A stretch of 64,000 bases of DNA. Origin: Candidatus Omnitrophota bacterium. GTDB taxonomy: Bacteria; Omnitrophota; Gorgyraeia; Zapsychrales; Fredricksoniimonadaceae. A model generated the notes under the pieces. That model did not search any database, had not been told where the DNA came from, and saw only the letters and a program-made list of their open reading frames with translations. Below, one piece after another: positions 35,192 to 45,282 of the stretch. The DNA lies in contig JADFXX010000001.1 in NCBI GenBank assembly GCA_015233335.1, positions 6,302-70,301 of the forward strand, written 5' to 3'. Position 1 is the first letter of the stretch; the number at the start of each line of letters is the position of its first letter. A program made the position numbers and the translations under genes.

Positions 35192-36023
35192 AAAAAATAC
35201 ATTCGATAATATCCGTTGCGATCATACCCGCTTTTGACTTGATCTTTGCCGCATGGTCACCAGCAGTCCCATGCAAATAAGCCCCCCAGCAGGCAGCTTT
35301 GAACGGCTCAATCCCCTGCCCTAAAAAGGCAGTGATCATACCCGTCAACACATCCCCGCTGCCGGCCGTGGCCATTCCTGAATTACCAGTTGTATTGATA
35401 TATGTTAAACCTTTCTGGGAGGCAACAACGGTATGATGACCTTTAAGCAGTAGCACGCAGTTGTAGTGCCGTGCAAAATCACAGGCAATTTTAAGACGTA
35501 CAGATTGAATTCTTTTGATGGAGGTGCCGGTTAATCTGGACATTTCACCTTCATGGGGCGTTAAGATACGCGATCCTTTAGCTTTAAGCAAAATATCAGC
35601 ATGAGCCCCAAGAGCATATAAAGCATCCGCGTCAACGACTAAAGGTTTAGGGCAATCAAGTATGACTCGACGGACCAATTGCCCGGTTGTCGACAAACGG
35701 CCTATCCCTGGCCCTATGGCTATCGCATCAAACCGGTCCCAAATTTCTTTAAGTTGACCATACGCCTTAACAGAAAAAGCCCCTGTTCTTGTTTGGGCTA
35801 AGGGCAGTGTCATGACCACATGTGAAATTTTTTGCTGGAAGGTTAAATTAGATCCTTTGGGAACAGCCGCAGTGACCCGCCCTGCGCCGCTTTTCATCGC
35901 GGCCAAAGAAGTTAAAGCAGCTGCTCCGAGCATTGACGGTGATCCCGCAATGATCAGCAGATGTCCAAAATCTTTTTTGGATACTCGAGGGTCACCCCTC
36001 GAGAGTGGCGCTGGCAACGGCAT
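35181..36023 (-). CDS. nnrD: ADP/ATP-dependent NAD(P)H-hydrate dehydratase (YjeF C-terminal domain)
   Basis: KKDFGHLLIIAGSPSMLGAAALTSLAAMKSGAGRV.. and GSGDVLTG motifs. Confidence 0.85.
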   Translation of the reverse strand: MPLPAPLSRGDPRVSKKDFGHLLIIAGSPSMLGAAALTSLAAMKSGAGRVTAAVPKGSNLTFQQKISHVVMTLPLAQTRTGAFSVKAYGQLKEIWDRFDAIAIGPGIGRLSTTGQLVRRVILDCPKPLVVDADALYALGAHADILLKAKGSRILTPHEGEMSRLTGTSIKRIQSVRLKIACDFARHYNCVLLLKGHHTVVASQKGLTYINTTGNSGMATAGSGDVLTGMITAFLGQGIEPFKAACWGAYLHGTAGDHAAKIKSKAGMIATDIIECIFYEK

Positions 36024-36339
36024 AGTCTCTGCTATGGGAAATAGAGATTAAGAGACGATTTTTAATATCTATATGGTTGAAGTGGCAGACAGGTTTTCCG
36101 CTTGGGTCATTGGTGATCGTAACGTCATGCCAGGAGAGATCGGGGTTTCCCATTGCTTTAAAAATAGCTTCCTTGACGGCGAATCGGCCTGCGTAGTGAC
36201 GATAAGGAAACTTGAACTTTCGGGCATATTCAATCTCCGCAGGCGTAAAGACATGGTTCAAAAATACATCTCCCCACCGCTCCACCGCCTTCTGGATGCG
36301 TTCAACTTCTATAATGTCGATACCGGCACCTAAGATCAT
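35992..36339 (-). CDS. acpS: Holo-[acyl-carrier-protein] synthase
   Basis: ILGAGIDIIEVERI..FTPAEIEYA..AGRFAVKEAIFKA..SISHSRDYAVA pattern, 115 aa. Confidence 0.9.
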   Translation of the reverse strand: MILGAGIDIIEVERIQKAVERWGDVFLNHVFTPAEIEYARKFKFPYRHYAGRFAVKEAIFKAMGNPDLSWHDVTITNDPSGKPVCHFNHIDIKNRLLISISHSRDYAVASATLEG

Positions 36340-36345
36340 GGCTTC

Positions 36346-37059
36346 CTATTTTATGAGAGCGAGCATTTCACGAACAGCTTGTTTGAGCCCTACAAAAACC
36401 GCCCTGCTCATGATGGCATGGCCTATATTTAATTCTTCGATTCCTTTAAGATGGGCAATCGCATAGGTATTATCATAATTCAGGCCGTGACCGGCATTGA
36501 CCACCATGCCCAGCTGACGGGCATAATGGGTCATCATTTTAATCTGAGTAAATTCTTTTTGTCCCAAGCGTCCGGCAAAGGCATTGGCAAAAGGGCCGGT
36601 ATGCAGTTCTATGATTCCGACGCCTATCGCATGTACAGCATCGATCTGCTTTTTATCCGGTGCAATAAAAAGGCTGACCTCGATCCCTTTCTGAGAAAGA
36701 GCATCGGTGACTTTTTTGATTTTCCTTAAATTTCGAACCACATCCAACCCGCCTTCGGTCGTGATTTCCTGACGGTGCTCCGGCACCAGAGTTGCCTGGT
36801 TCGGAAGGACCTCCAAAGCCATTTTAACAACACCGGGATCGATAGACATCTCCAGATTAAGACGGACTTTCAAGGTTTTTCTTAAAAGCAGAATATCCCT
36901 GTCCTGAATATGCCTCCTATCTTCCCGCAGGTGAGCGACAATGCTGTGAGCACCCGCCTCTTCGCATAAACGGGCTGCCATGACCGGATCAGGATCAAAT
37001 TCTCGACGGGCCTGACGCAACGTGGCTATATGGTCTATATTGACGCCCAACTTGACCAT
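36346..37059 (-). CDS. pdxJ: Pyridoxine 5'-phosphate synthase
   Basis: MVKLGVNIDHIATLRQAR..HLREDRRHI..LNLEM..IELHTG..NAGHGLNY. I chose the ATG at 37059 (AAGGGGA RBS) over the TTG at 37086. Confidence 0.92.
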   Translation of the reverse strand: MVKLGVNIDHIATLRQARREFDPDPVMAARLCEEAGAHSIVAHLREDRRHIQDRDILLLRKTLKVRLNLEMSIDPGVVKMALEVLPNQATLVPEHRQEITTEGGLDVVRNLRKIKKVTDALSQKGIEVSLFIAPDKKQIDAVHAIGVGIIELHTGPFANAFAGRLGQKEFTQIKMMTHYARQLGMVVNAGHGLNYDNTYAIAHLKGIEELNIGHAIMSRAVFVGLKQAVREMLALIK

Positions 37060-37134
37060 TACCGCATCCCCTTGACATAAAACCAAGTGATAATGGCCAG
37101 GGCCAGAGAAATCAGCTTCATGACCAAATTAGAG

Positions 37135-37932
37135 CTAAACCAATTTTTCATTCTTATTTTCCCCGCCCGCCAAGATTTGCTTGACCTGTTTAATAAAATC
37201 TTCTTCGTTATGCACCGCAAAAAAATGACCCTCAAAGGCTATACTGATCTGTCCTGTCTCTTCGGAAACCAGGACGACTAACGCATCGGTATGTTCGGTC
37301 AAGCCCAATGCTGCCCGATGCCGTGTCCCCACGGTCTTGCCTACACGTGGATTATCGGACAATGGGAATAAACACGAACTAGCAGCGATGCGCTCACCCC
37401 TGATCACCACTCCGCCGTCATGCAACGGAGTCCCGGGAATAAAAATGCTCTGTAAAAGTTCAGATGAGATGATGCTATCAAGAACAACGCCGCTTTCAAT
37501 ATACAAATCAAGCTTCATTTCACGTTCAATGGCGATCAGGCATCCATGCTTACGTTTAGACAAACGGTAGACCGTATCGGCGATTTTTTCGACTAAAGCC
37601 TTGATTTCAGGCTCCCCTAAAGAAATTGTAAACAAGTGCTGCTGTCCTAACCGGGCCAATCCGGAGCGCAGCTCGTGCTGAAAGATGACCACAATGACGA
37701 TGATCCAGATCGAGAAGAAATTTCTCAATAACCAATTAAGGACATCAAATCCTAAGACCTGGGAAAGCAGAAGGGCTATGATCAGATAGGTAATGCCCCG
37801 TAGCACCTGAAAAGCGCGGGTGCCTTCGAAAAACAATAATACCCGATAAAACACCAACCATAGAATGGCAATTTCAACCACAGCTTTAATGATGAACAGT
37901 ATGATGTCAGGAATGTGTATTAAGGATAGCAT
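37135..37932 (-). CDS. cdaA: Membrane-anchored diadenylate cyclase (CdaA/DacA type)
   Basis: Three N-terminal TM segments followed by a DAC domain: GCLIAIERE..PLHDGGVVIRGERIAASSCLFPLS..GTRHRAALGLTEHTDALVVLVSEETGQISIA. Confidence 0.9.
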   Translation of the reverse strand: MLSLIHIPDIILFIIKAVVEIAILWLVFYRVLLFFEGTRAFQVLRGITYLIIALLLSQVLGFDVLNWLLRNFFSIWIIVIVVIFQHELRSGLARLGQQHLFTISLGEPEIKALVEKIADTVYRLSKRKHGCLIAIEREMKLDLYIESGVVLDSIISSELLQSIFIPGTPLHDGGVVIRGERIAASSCLFPLSDNPRVGKTVGTRHRAALGLTEHTDALVVLVSEETGQISIAFEGHFFAVHNEEDFIKQVKQILAGGENKNEKLV

Positions 37933-38779
37933 CGGTAACTCTTAAGGTTTCTTTAATCGCCTTCACATCATGGACCCGGACAATATGCGCCCCCCGCACA
38001 ACACCCGCCGTTACACTTGCGGCCGTCCCCATGAGGCGATGGTTCACATCTTTTTTTAAAATCTGGCCGATAAATGATTTACGTGAAGTGCCCAACAAAA
38101 TGGGACAATTCAAACAACTAAGCTCATCCAGACGGTTAATCAAGGCAAAATTATGTTCGGCCGTTTTAGAAAAACCAATACCCGGATCAATAATGATCCT
38201 ATCTTTCTTTATACCAATCTCCAAACATTTTTCAATGGATATCTTTAATTCTTTAATAACGTCACTGATCAAATCTTTATATTTAGTAGGGGCGTGCATC
38301 GTGGCCGGAGTTTTGCGTATATGCATGATCACAATAGCGGCCTCATAATCCCTTACCATTTTCAAAAAAGAACGGCTGGCCTTAACAGTCATAATATTAT
38401 TGACTATAGAAACGCCCAGATCAAGGGCCCTTCGCGCGACTTCAATTTTAGAAGTATCGACAGAAACCGGCACTTTGATTTGAGGGATCAAGGCCCTAAG
38501 AACAGGGATGACTCGCCTAATCTCTTCCTGTTCGGACACGACCACAGCGCCCGGACGTGTTGATTCGCCTCCGATATCCAGTATATCGGCACCTTCACGG
38601 ATGAGTCTGCGGGCAAGACCCAGACAAGCCGCAACGTTTATTTTGCCCTTGCTCTGTGTGAGCTGTCCGTCACAGCTAAAAGAATCCGGCGTAAGGTTAA
38701 TAATGCCCATGATCCGCGTTTCATGCCCCAGGGTCATAACTATATCGCGGGCATGAAGGTCAAAAGGGCGTCTGTTCAT
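37907..38779 (-). CDS. folP: Dihydropteroate synthase
   Basis: IMGIINLTPDSFSCDG..ADILDIGGESTRPG..SVDT..IIIDPGIGF motifs. Confidence 0.92.
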   Translation of the reverse strand: MNRRPFDLHARDIVMTLGHETRIMGIINLTPDSFSCDGQLTQSKGKINVAACLGLARRLIREGADILDIGGESTRPGAVVVSEQEEIRRVIPVLRALIPQIKVPVSVDTSKIEVARRALDLGVSIVNNIMTVKASRSFLKMVRDYEAAIVIMHIRKTPATMHAPTKYKDLISDVIKELKISIEKCLEIGIKKDRIIIDPGIGFSKTAEHNFALINRLDELSCLNCPILLGTSRKSFIGQILKKDVNHRLMGTAASVTAGVVRGAHIVRVHDVKAIKETLRVTDAILNTHS

Positions 38780-40683
38780 AAATTTTGAGGCGTATCCGAA
38801 TGGATGTTAAGCTTATGTTCGGGAATCATCAGCAATACTCTGGCCTCTTCGATGTCAATGGTTTCTTTTTCGATCAAACGACCGGCCAAAAGGTCCAATT
38901 TATCACGGTTATCAGACAGAAGTCTTTTAGCTTTCTCATAACATTCCCGGACCAGATTATTTATTTCTTCGTCGATTCTACGGGAAGTGTCTTCGCTATA
39001 ATTCTTTTCCTCAAACAGGTCACGGCCCAAGAACATCTGCTGATTTTGCTTACCATAAGCCAATTTATCAAGTTTGTCGCTCATGCCATATTGGCAGACC
39101 ATGCTGCGGGCGATCTGGGAAACTCTTTGCAGGTCATTGGATACGCCTGTCGTGGTATCATTCATATAAACCTCTTCACCCACCATACCGCCCAATAAAA
39201 CAACCATCATTCCTTTAAGCTCTATCTTAGACATATAATGTTTGTCTTCTTTGGGAGGAGTCAACGTATATCCGCCGGCCATACCGCGGGGAATGATGGA
39301 TACTTTCGTAAAAGTGTCCACCTCATCGATCAAAAGCGACAATAAGGCATGCCCGGCTTCATGATAAGCAGTCATTTCTTTTTCTTTTTTAGAAGTCACG
39401 TGACTCTTCTTTTCAGGTCCCATGGTTACACGTTCCACCGCCGAAAGCATCTCTTCCATAGTGACTTTTTCTTTATTGCGTCTGGCTGCCAGGAGGGCCG
39501 CTTCGTTACAAACGTTGGCCAAATCAGCTCCGGAAAAATACACCGTCAACTGGGCAATACGCCTTAAATTCACATCTTCGCCCAATTTAATATTTTTAAC
39601 ATGGACCTTTAAAATACCCTCACGGCCGTTGATATCGGGCAAACCAACCACAATTTGGCGGTCAAAACGCCCCGGACGTAATAATGCCGGATCTAAAGTG
39701 TCTGGCCGGTTAGTGGCCGCAATGAGAATAAGACCGCTGACCGTATTAAATCCATCCATTTCAACCAATAGAGCGTTGAGTGTTTGTTCGCGCTCATCAT
39801 TGCCTCCGCCTATACCGGCAAAACGCTGGCGGCCTACCGCATCAATTTCGTCGATAAATATAATACCCCCCTTGCCTGAAGCTTTAGCGGCTTTGCGGCC
39901 CTGCTCAAAAAGATCACGCACACGGGAAGCCCCGACTCCCACAAACATTTCGACAAAATCTGAACCGCTTAACGAAAAAAACGGCACACCCGCTTCTCCT
40001 GCGACGGCCTTGGCCAGCAATGTTTTACCGGTCCCTGGAGGTCCGACTAATAAAACACCTTTAGGGATTTTACCGCCTAAACGCTCAAACTTTTTGGGGT
40101 CTTTAAGAAACTCGATGACCTCCTGCAATTCCTCTTTTGCCTCATCAACCCCGGCCACATCCGCAAAAGTTACCTTGCCGCCACCCGAGATCTGGGCGCG
40201 TGATTTACCAAAAGCAAAAATTTTATTTCCCATTTGAGAACCGCGGTAAGATAAAAACCAGATCAAGGCGATAAAACCCAAAACGGGTATCAACTGAAAG
40301 AATAACTGGCTCCAGAACAACTCCGGAGGGACAACATTAAAAGTGCTGACATTGTCACGGACCATTTTGATCAGATCATCATCATGCTGAGGGATGTTAA
40401 GTTTAAATTCAAGACCGTCGACAAACGTACCTTTTAAAGTATTATCCGGTCCTTCTGTCAATTCCACGGCCTTGATTTGATGTGTTTTAGGGTTATCTTT
40501 TAATATGGCATAAAATTCAGAGTAGGTCAGCTGTTTTTGGGTCTTTAAATTCGACTTGTCCTGAACCGCCATCAAAAGTATAAAAAATCCTCCCATGATC
40601 ACCCAAAACCACACATTACCGTTGGGATTCCGTACGGGACGTCCTTTTTTAACCGGTTTGCTCATATTAGGTTGTGCCATCAA
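38776..40683 (-). CDS. ftsH: ATP-dependent zinc metalloprotease FtsH
   Basis: Two TM segments, AAA+ Walker A GPPGTGKT, Walker [12 protein letters not shown] region and protease motif HEAGHAL. Confidence 0.97.
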   Translation of the reverse strand: MMAQPNMSKPVKKGRPVRNPNGNVWFWVIMGGFFILLMAVQDKSNLKTQKQLTYSEFYAILKDNPKTHQIKAVELTEGPDNTLKGTFVDGLEFKLNIPQHDDDLIKMVRDNVSTFNVVPPELFWSQLFFQLIPVLGFIALIWFLSYRGSQMGNKIFAFGKSRAQISGGGKVTFADVAGVDEAKEELQEVIEFLKDPKKFERLGGKIPKGVLLVGPPGTGKTLLAKAVAGEAGVPFFSLSGSDFVEMFVGVGASRVRDLFEQGRKAAKASGKGGIIFIDEIDAVGRQRFAGIGGGNDEREQTLNALLVEMDGFNTVSGLILIAATNRPDTLDPALLRPGRFDRQIVVGLPDINGREGILKVHVKNIKLGEDVNLRRIAQLTVYFSGADLANVCNEAALLAARRNKEKVTMEEMLSAVERVTMGPEKKSHVTSKKEKEMTAYHEAGHALLSLLIDEVDTFTKVSIIPRGMAGGYTLTPPKEDKHYMSKIELKGMMVVLLGGMVGEEVYMNDTTTGVSNDLQRVSQIARSMVCQYGMSDKLDKLAYGKQNQQMFLGRDLFEEKNYSEDTSRRIDEEINNLVRECYEKAKRLLSDNRDKLDLLAGRLIEKETIDIEEARVLLMIPEHKLNIHSDTPQNL

Positions 40684-40715
40684 ATGCCTCCAGAATTAGT
40701 TCAATTAGGAATTTA

Positions 40716-40743
40716 ATTATATAATAGGAAAAAATTAAAGCAA
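40716..40743 (-). promoter_or_regulatory. Candidate ftsH promoter
   Basis: On the minus strand: TTGCTT (40743-40738), 16-nt spacer, perfect TATAAT (40721-40716). GGAGG RBS lies 7 nt before the ATG at 40683. Confidence 0.45.
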
Positions 40744-40752
40744 GGATTTCCC

Positions 40753-40790
40753 CCTTCGTTCCCAGGACTCGTCCCGAATGGAAACGAAGG
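40753..40790 (-). terminator. Hairpin immediately after the MORN-repeat gene, a possible terminator
   Basis: CCTTCGTTTCC / GGGAACGAAGG forms an 11-bp stem with one G-U pair and a 16-nt loop. It starts 1 nt after the stop. The T-run appears only ~20 nt downstream, so the call is weak. Confidence 0.35.
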
Positions 40791-40791
40791 A

Positions 40792-41976
40792 TCAAGGCAC
40801 TTTCGGAGACTGTCGTTCTATCTTCACACCATTTTGATAGGTGTCTATGTAGGCAAGATTACCGTCTCTATTATATAAACGAACAATCCCGTTAAGACGG
40901 CCGTTTTGATAAACTTCTTCGGTCATTAATTCTCCCGACTTATAATACGACTTAGAGGCGCCATTTTGCATGCCGTTCTCAATAGTCCACTGCTGTTTGA
41001 GAGCTCCGTTATCATAAAACTCCTTCATTTCTCCGCTTTTAATATCCTCCTTAAAATTAACAGTCATCCATAAATACCCCTGTGGGGCATATTCACGGCT
41101 AACACCATCTTTGAAGTTGTTCTTATAATTCCATTCCAGCCAAGGTTTACCATTCTCACGAAATTGACGGCACATGCCGTCCTTCTGGCCATCGACATAG
41201 CTGCATTCGCTTTTTAAATTGCTGCTCGGATAAAACTCGCGCACAATGCCGTTAAATTGATTATTCTTGTACTGGGCTTCAACCAAAAGTTTCCCTTCCC
41301 GGCTGAATCTTTTATTGACCCCCTCCAGATTACCATTTTTAAAATTCATGTCCCATTCCAGCTGCCCATTATTATAAAACGTTTTTGAAGGCCCGTCTTT
41401 CTGGTCTAATTTATAATTCCAAATGGCATAAAGACTGCCGTCGGCAGCATACTCTTTAGAGACCCCATCCATGTGATCATCGTCGTAGTTGATCTCGTTT
41501 TTCAGGGTGCCGTCTTCGTTATATTCACGGCTGATACCGTTGAGTTTTCCTTTCTTAAAGTTCATGGCCATTTTCAGATTTCCGTTAGGATAAAAATATT
41601 GGTTAACGCCGTCAAGGGCATCATACACATAATTCTCGGCACTTTTTGGGATCTCGTTCTCATAATATTCACGGGAGGTACCATGCAGCCGGCCGCCGAT
41701 ATAATTTTTCTCAAAATAGACCGAACCGTCCTCATAATAAGATTTGTATGCGCCCTGAAGCTGCCCTTCTTTATAAGAACCGACACTTAATAAATTACCG
41801 TTAGGATAATATTCACGGAAAGGCCCGTTGAGCCGGTCATTATGATAACTCTTTTCAGATTTAATTTTCCCTTCATCATAATATTCCTTGACGGTGCCGT
41901 TTAAAGGGGCCTCTTGGGCATCCGCCCGTAAAGCCCAACAGTTTAAAAGAAAAAATATAATGAGGAACTTACGCAT
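40792..41976 (-). CDS. Secreted MORN/YwqK-type repeat protein (394 aa)
   Basis: Signal peptide MRKFLIIFFLLNCWALRADA followed by ~14 copies of a ~23-aa unit (G..REYY.NG.LK.E..Y..G.L.G). Confidence 0.75.
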   Translation of the reverse strand: MRKFLIIFFLLNCWALRADAQEAPLNGTVKEYYDEGKIKSEKSYHNDRLNGPFREYYPNGNLLSVGSYKEGQLQGAYKSYYEDGSVYFEKNYIGGRLHGTSREYYENEIPKSAENYVYDALDGVNQYFYPNGNLKMAMNFKKGKLNGISREYNEDGTLKNEINYDDDHMDGVSKEYAADGSLYAIWNYKLDQKDGPSKTFYNNGQLEWDMNFKNGNLEGVNKRFSREGKLLVEAQYKNNQFNGIVREFYPSSNLKSECSYVDGQKDGMCRQFRENGKPWLEWNYKNNFKDGVSREYAPQGYLWMTVNFKEDIKSGEMKEFYDNGALKQQWTIENGMQNGASKSYYKSGELMTEEVYQNGRLNGIVRLYNRDGNLAYIDTYQNGVKIERQSPKVP

Positions 41977-42961
41977 AGGACAACTCTATAAATTTCTTAG
42001 TTTTGCTCATCATTAAGCGATGCGGCAGATGCACCGCAGAGCAACTTTTATGAGTGATCAAATCCTCAACAGCACAGATATGCTCAAAGTTCAATACTGC
42101 CGGATCACGGGTTAAGGCTTCCGCCATTAGGCGTATGATCAAGCGGCGCATAGCCGGATGCAAAAGACGCATTTGTTTTATAGTTATTTTAACTCTTTCA
42201 GAGGAAATAATAACATCTTTTTTAAATATACGGTGTGCATGGGACGATAAAAATTCATAATCATCACCGGCGGTCTTGCCTAAGTCTGATAAACAGCCGA
42301 TAATTTGGGGATTGTATTCACGGGCCAATAAAGGCAACAGCTCAAGACGCACTTTATTGCGCGTATACTTAGTCTGTTGATTGGTCAGATCCGTACAATA
42401 AGGGACTTTCTTTAATTTTAAATATTCTTCGACATCCGCTCTGCCGATACCCAGCAAAGGGCGCACAAAATTGACACCTTCTATTGATCGATGCGGTAAA
42501 ATCCCTCTTAAGCCATAAAAACCGCTCCCTCGCATCAGGCGCATCAATACAGTCTCAGCTAAATCATTACGGGTATGTGCCAGGGCCACGGAGTGTGCTT
42601 TGAGGCGCAGGGCGTGTTTGATAAAAAATTTAAACCTCATCTGGCGGGCACCATCTTCGGAAAGAGAGGTCGTTTTTACACCTTGCCTTCGGCCCACAGT
42701 GACCGGCACATTCAAACGCTGACACCATTGAACAACAAAGCGCTCATCATCCTGTGCCTGAGGGCGCATTTTATGATTAAAATGCACCGCGTGCAGTTGT
42801 ATGGCCAGATCATGGCGCAAAGCAACCAGGGCCTGCATGAGCGCCATTGAATCGGCCCCTCCGGAAAAACCCGCCATCACAAGGCCGCCGGGATGTATTA
42901 ACCTGTTATCTTTAATGAACTGAAAGATTCTTTGTTCAAAGTTCATTTGAAGTTTATTCAC
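41969..42961 (-). CDS. tilS: tRNA(Ile)-lysidine synthase
   Basis: PP-loop motif GFSGGADSMAL, plus AHTRNDLAETVLMRLMRGSG. Confidence 0.9.
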   Translation of the reverse strand: MNKLQMNFEQRIFQFIKDNRLIHPGGLVMAGFSGGADSMALMQALVALRHDLAIQLHAVHFNHKMRPQAQDDERFVVQWCQRLNVPVTVGRRQGVKTTSLSEDGARQMRFKFFIKHALRLKAHSVALAHTRNDLAETVLMRLMRGSGFYGLRGILPHRSIEGVNFVRPLLGIGRADVEEYLKLKKVPYCTDLTNQQTKYTRNKVRLELLPLLAREYNPQIIGCLSDLGKTAGDDYEFLSSHAHRIFKKDVIISSERVKITIKQMRLLHPAMRRLIIRLMAEALTRDPAVLNFEHICAVEDLITHKSCSAVHLPHRLMMSKTKKFIELSYA

Positions 42962-43481
42962 CTTCCAAACCGCGTTTTTCTTTTTTTGCTTCCTGATAGG
43001 CTGTATTTAACAAATCTTCATGTTTTATGTTAGGAGGGATTATTTTTAATTTTACAAAACCCATGCGCAACAGCTCAGCATTAGCCATACGGCCATCCGG
43101 CAAATAAACATACGCATAAAGATGCCCTCTTGAATCGCTGGCATCGATATCAAGCTCTAGTTTTACTTTTTTATTTTCCAACAATTCTTGCGCATAGGTC
43201 AAGGCCTGTTCCTCTAAAGATATCGTCGGTTCCACAGGTTCTTCAATAACACGCCCCTTGTCATCGAACTTAACGTACTTGCGTGGCGGCACTCCCGCAG
43301 ATTGGATACCGATCAGCTTAACGCGTCTCCCATCTTCCAAAACAATCAAATCAGAAGCAGGGACCTTAACGACCAGTGCCTCAGCCTGCTTGCTAAAGGA
43401 ATTAAAAAGATCATCCCCCTTGTCATTTCCCCAACAAAGAGAGCATAACCCAAAAAATATTAGCAATAAACGAGGCATCAT
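42954..43481 (-). CDS. Secreted thermonuclease (SNase)-like protein
   Basis: Signal peptide MMPRLLLIFFGLCSLCWG. SNase-like segments DGRRVKLIGI.. and SRGHLYAYVYLPDGRMANAELLRMGFVKL. Confidence 0.65.
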   Translation of the reverse strand: MMPRLLLIFFGLCSLCWGNDKGDDLFNSFSKQAEALVVKVPASDLIVLEDGRRVKLIGIQSAGVPPRKYVKFDDKGRVIEEPVEPTISLEEQALTYAQELLENKKVKLELDIDASDSRGHLYAYVYLPDGRMANAELLRMGFVKLKIIPPNIKHEDLLNTAYQEAKKEKRGLEGE

Positions 43482-45127
43482 GTATTTATTTTATTGATCC
43501 TGACAACATAGTCATACCCGATATTCTTTAATAAAATGATCCGAAAATGATTTGAGAAGTCTTTAAGCAATGATTGATAGACGGATTTACGGACAACCCC
43601 AAAAGTCACGGGCTGATGCTCGAGGAGGGCAGCCATTTTATCTTTAGAATCCAGAGTCACAATCGGATGCGGGCTAAAAAAAGGTTTGCCTCCAAAATCA
43701 ACAACCGCCACGTCCTGTCCGGTATAATAGCGGATCCCGCGGGCATTGGCCTTAGATGTCAATACCGTCATACCCCCGCTTGACCGTTGCGGCACATATT
43801 CACAAGCCTCATAGGAGGACACATATCCCTCCAAATCCGAGTGAATCATAAAAGCCGTCAAAAAGATTGGGCATAAACTCATAGCCAATACATACAAAGC
43901 CGGCTCAATATGCTCTTTAAGGCTCAAGGTCATGCCGATCCCTGCAACAGCGATCAAAGATCCCGATAAAAAATACACCGGTGACTGAGAAGAAATGTAA
44001 TGACGCAAAAGATGCTGTGCAGATACCGGCACAATACCAATAAAAGCCAGCATGATAAAACAGGCCCGAATGAGATTTTGGATCTTTTTACGCTGATATC
44101 CTTCTGATAAACAATTACCCAGGTAATTTCCGGTCATCAAGGCCAATGCCGGAAACAAAGGAAGGATATAGCTAGCCAACTTGGAATGGGCGATTTGAAA
44201 AACAACAAACACAACCAAAATCCAGCTCAACAGCAAATGATCCATCGACGTGACAGTGTTCTTCAGGCGCCTATACATATCCACCATAGCAGCGGCTAAA
44301 AACAGACTCCAGGGGAAAAAGCCTGCGAGCATCGTCGCAGGATAAAAAAACCAATGGTCATTTCCCTTGTGTTCCGCTGTAAGCAACCGCCGCCAGTGAT
44401 CGTTGGTGAAAAACTCCTGAATAAAAGCTTGGCCGTAATGCCCGATCATATAAGAATACCACGGCAAAGTCAGCGCCAAAAACAATAAAAAACCGCCCGC
44501 AACCCACCGGTTGCGCAATAAATTGATTTGGCGCTGATACAATAAAAAAAGGATAACGATCAACTGAGGCAAAAGCCAACCCAACGGTCCTTTAGTCAAA
44601 GTGGCTAAGGCAGAAAACAGATAAAACCCTATGAAGCCCGCGCCCCGCCAGCGGCGGTCGGTAAAGCCCAGCATAAAAAGCGTCAAAGCATATAAAATAA
44701 AAACCGTAAAAATCATGTCCGTAAAGACAGTTTTCCCCATGCCGACAAAAAAAGCAGACGTGGCTAGAACCAACGCAGAAAAGAAAGCTTTACGTTCATC
44801 CTTAAACCCTATTAAACCTATGGCATAAACGGCCATGACCCCCAAGGTGCCAAACAACGCCGGAAAAAACCGTGCCGTAAAAGGATTTTCTCCCCATGCT
44901 TTAAAAGCTATTTCTATAAGCCAGAACGTCAGGACAGGTTTTTCAAACTGAGGGTGGTCAAAAATAAACGGGGTCAACCATTCATTTTTTGCCGCCATTT
45001 CTTTAGCGGTCAAAGAATAAAAAACCTCATCCGGGTCAGTGAGACTCACCAGGTTATTGCCGTATAAGAATGCGGCATAACAGATTATAAAAAGGATAAA
45101 AATACGCTTATAAAAATATGCTTGCAT
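43478..45127 (-). CDS. GT39/ArnT-like polyprenyl-phosphate-sugar-dependent glycosyltransferase
   Basis: N-terminal loop motif LTDPDEVFYSLTAKEMAAKNEWLTPFIFDHPQFEKPVLTFWL, ~12 TM segments and a C-terminal soluble domain. Confidence 0.8.
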   Translation of the reverse strand: MQAYFYKRIFILFIICYAAFLYGNNLVSLTDPDEVFYSLTAKEMAAKNEWLTPFIFDHPQFEKPVLTFWLIEIAFKAWGENPFTARFFPALFGTLGVMAVYAIGLIGFKDERKAFFSALVLATSAFFVGMGKTVFTDMIFTVFILYALTLFMLGFTDRRWRGAGFIGFYLFSALATLTKGPLGWLLPQLIVILFLLYQRQINLLRNRWVAGGFLLFLALTLPWYSYMIGHYGQAFIQEFFTNDHWRRLLTAEHKGNDHWFFYPATMLAGFFPWSLFLAAAMVDMYRRLKNTVTSMDHLLLSWILVVFVVFQIAHSKLASYILPLFPALALMTGNYLGNCLSEGYQRKKIQNLIRACFIMLAFIGIVPVSAQHLLRHYISSQSPVYFLSGSLIAVAGIGMTLSLKEHIEPALYVLAMSLCPIFLTAFMIHSDLEGYVSSYEACEYVPQRSSGGMTVLTSKANARGIRYYTGQDVAVVDFGGKPFFSPHPIVTLDSKDKMAALLEHQPVTFGVVRKSVYQSLLKDFSNHFRIILLKNIGYDYVVRINKINT

Positions 45128-45282
45128 AGGCCAGTATTATACAGAAAAACCGAACTCAAGAAAGGATAATTAATAACTTCAGTTAAACCTGAATTATGAA
45201 CAGAAAGCTCTCGCAATTTAATATCATGTAAATTAAAATATAAGAAAGTTAAAAAGATATTATTTAAACTTAAGGAGGATAA

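Noticed and set aside
39422-40237. A 271-aa ORF on the plus strand, plus several smaller ones at 38785-39198 and 39349-39567.
   Set aside because: It lies entirely antisense to ftsH, whose reading frame is strongly supported by AAA+ and HEAGH motifs. The translation is low-complexity and Ser/Pro/Arg-rich, as is typical of antisense frames.
40792-41976. The MORN/YwqK-repeat protein as the antitoxin of a toxin-antitoxin pair.
   Set aside because: It has a signal peptide, is 394 aa long and has no adjacent toxin-like gene. The 'YwqK antitoxin' label attached to this repeat family is not supported by the context here.
42954-43481. The SNase-like nuclease as part of a defence or toxin system.
   Set aside because: It carries a signal peptide and is embedded by 4-8-nt overlaps between tilS and the ArnT-like gene. 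No immunity, ATPase or sensor partner is present. An ordinary secreted nuclease is the simplest reading.
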